Shown: positions 62,268-64,000 of the stretch, one piece after another
Layout of the letters: each line of letters opens with the position of its first letter
Position numbering within the stretch: the stretch's first letter is position 1
Origin: Porphyromonas endodontalis
Lineage (GTDB): Bacteria > Bacteroidota > Bacteroidia > Bacteroidales > Porphyromonadaceae
Direction of reading: 5' to 3'
DNA: 64,000 nt
Assembly: GCF_052173515.1 (NCBI RefSeq)
Contig: NZ_JBQMYL010000011.1
Span: 3,277 to 67,276 of the forward strand
Notes under the pieces: model-generated
Told to the model about the DNA's origin: nothing
Database searches by the model: none
What the model saw: only the letters and a program-made list of their open reading frames with translations
Translations under genes and position numbers: made by a program

Positions 62268-63881
62268 CTACTGATTACTATCGTCGAAGACTTGGATGCG
62301 AGATTTGCGTGAGGGGCGATCTTCATCCCCTCGTCTGCCGAATCTGTCTTTGGGTCCTCTAGATCCGTGTTGCCCTTTCCCTCCAAATCGGGGGCGACGT
62401 GTCTTTTCTTCTGTCGCGGGAGAGGTGTTTTTGAATGTCTTTTCCCTCTCGGGGCCTTTCTCCCTCGGGGTGCGCTCCTGCTTGCGTTCGCGGTAGGGAC
62501 GAGAGGATGCATACGTGCGTGTTTTCCCCTCGGCTAGGTCGCGTTTGAAATCGTCACGCTTGCCCTCAAATGGCTCCCTCTCGGGGCGTTTCTCCCTCGG
62601 GGTGCGCTCCTGCTTGCGTTCGCGGTAGGGACGAGAGGATGCATACGTGCGTGTTTTCCCCTCGGCTAGGTCGCGTTTGAAATCGTCGCGCTTGCCCTCG
62701 AATAGTTCGTAGCTCCTTAGTTCGCACTCGAGGTCGCCATTGAGCAAATCGAGGCGAGAGGAGTGACGCAGGCCAATAGCGTTGAATAGCTTATTCTTGG
62801 GGGCTATAATCCAAACTTTAGAGCCGGCATATTTGTGCTTGAGTTCACTGCCGATCATGCTATAGAGCGCCTCCAAATCGAACCGAGTGAGCCGCTCTCC
62901 ATAGGGAGGGTTGAGTACCATCAGTACGGGAGCCTCGGGGGCATTGCGGCGTTGCATGGCCATATGCTCTACAGTAATGTCGTGCCCTAATCCCATATGC
63001 TGCACGTTGGCATTCGTTACCGTATAGGCATCGTTGGCTATATCGCTGGCGTAGATATGGTGCTCAAAGGGAGTCTCGAAGTTGGGGTCTTCTTGTACTT
63101 CTCGCCAGAGGTCGGCATCGAAGTCCGCCCACTCTTCGAAGGCGTATTTGGTGCGCCATGCGCCTGCTGCCACACCTCGAGCAATCAGAGCTGCTTCGAT
63201 GGCAAAGGTGCCCGAACCACACATCGGGTCTATAAGGTCGCACTGCCCCTTCCATCCGGCTTTGAGTAGGATACCGGCAGCGAGTACTTCGCTGAGAGGA
63301 GCCGGGGTCTGTTTTACTTTGTATCCACGTTTGTGGAGGCTATCTCCCGAACTATCCAAAGAGAGGGTAACATGCTTTTGTGCAATGTGAATATTAAAGC
63401 GAACGTCGGGAGTATCCATGCGTACCGAGGGGCGTTTCCCATCGGGAGTATTGGCCACAAAGTAGTCCGCAATGGCATCTTTTACTCGATAGCTCACGTA
63501 GCGACTATTGCTGAACCTATCGGAGAAAACTACGGGGTCTATGAGGAATGTTTGGTCGCATCGGAGGTACCGGTCCCACTCGAATTGGCGGAGGGTCTCG
63601 TAGAGGTCTTCGATGCTTTCGCAGTTGAATTCGTAGATGGGTTTGAGGATGCGTAGGGCCGTACGCAAACGATAATTGGTAAGGTATAGCATACGTTTAT
63701 CGCCTCTAAAACGCACCATACGGCGCCCTATTTCTATGTCGTAAGCCCCGAGGGCTTCTAGTTCATCGGCTAGCACGTCCTCCAATCCGTACAGGGTCTT
63801 TGCCACGTAGGAGGAGAGGTGATGTTGGGTAGCATGTGCATCCCTTTGTTGCTTGGGGGTGGATGTTGTTTTGTTTCCCAT
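62268..63881 (-). CDS. THUMP-domain RlmL-like RNA methyltransferase
   Basis: SLHKRGY, APLSEVLAA, DPMCGSGT, NPPYGER; TACTTTTG at 63907-63914. Confidence 0.9.
   Translation of the reverse strand: MGNKTTSTPKQQRDAHATQHHLSSYVAKTLYGLEDVLADELEALGAYDIEIGRRMVRFRGDKRMLYLTNYRLRTALRILKPIYEFNCESIEDLYETLRQFEWDRYLRCDQTFLIDPVVFSDRFSNSRYVSYRVKDAIADYFVANTPDGKRPSVRMDTPDVRFNIHIAQKHVTLSLDSSGDSLHKRGYKVKQTPAPLSEVLAAGILLKAGWKGQCDLIDPMCGSGTFAIEAALIARGVAAGAWRTKYAFEEWADFDADLWREVQEDPNFETPFEHHIYASDIANDAYTVTNANVQHMGLGHDITVEHMAMQRRNAPEAPVLMVLNPPYGERLTRFDLEALYSMIGSELKHKYAGSKVWIIAPKNKLFNAIGLRHSSRLDLLNGDLECELRSYELFEGKRDDFKRDLAEGKTRTYASSRPYRERKQERTPREKRPEREPFEGKRDDFKRDLAEGKTRTYASSRPYRERKQERTPREKGPEREKTFKNTSPATEEKTRRPRFGGKGQHGSRGPKDRFGRRGDEDRPSRKSRIQVFDDSNQ
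62443..62703. repeat. 132-bp in-frame tandem duplication in the methyltransferase tail
   Basis: 62443-62571 and 62575-62703 are near-identical. Confidence 0.95.
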
Positions 63882-64000
63882 ATAGTCGCTTAATCTCTCT
63901 TTCCTACAAAAGTACGCAAATCCCCTATACCTCTGTATAGTCTCTAGCTGTTTTCCTCAGTGTGTTCTACCAGAGAATTACGACAATAGGAATCAGTATC

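Overview
A mostly housekeeping chromosomal region of an oral Bacteroidales organism, most likely Porphyromonas. The evidence is porU-porV-ispF, ptpA, the lpxC-fabZ fusion and recurrent TAnnTTTG promoter elements. It contains two tRNAs (Lys-CTT, Arg-ACG), aspS/asnS/tilS/prfA, purine and pyrimidine genes, lipid A genes, the T9SS sortase PorU and PorV, a TPP-riboswitch-led thiamine operon with a three-domain ThiE-like/ThiD/ThiE fusion, an ECF sigma/anti-sigma cassette and several small accessory insertions. The most striking object is a membrane transhydrogenase operon (pntA1-pntA2-pntB). Its beta subunit carries FOUR tandem nucleotide-binding dIII domains (555-558 bp repeats) on Ala/Pro/Lys-rich linkers, and every copy has NYD in place of the canonical NADP 2'-phosphate-binding KRS motif. 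Other signals: three intergenic degenerate arrays with about 22-bp periodicity, a multi-stem structured intergenic element, a flavinylation-motif membrane redox protein paired with an anchored nitroreductase, and a 58-aa membrane ORF missed by the ORF track. I found no CRISPR array, transposase or prophage. All product calls come from motif recognition by eye; no database searches were run.
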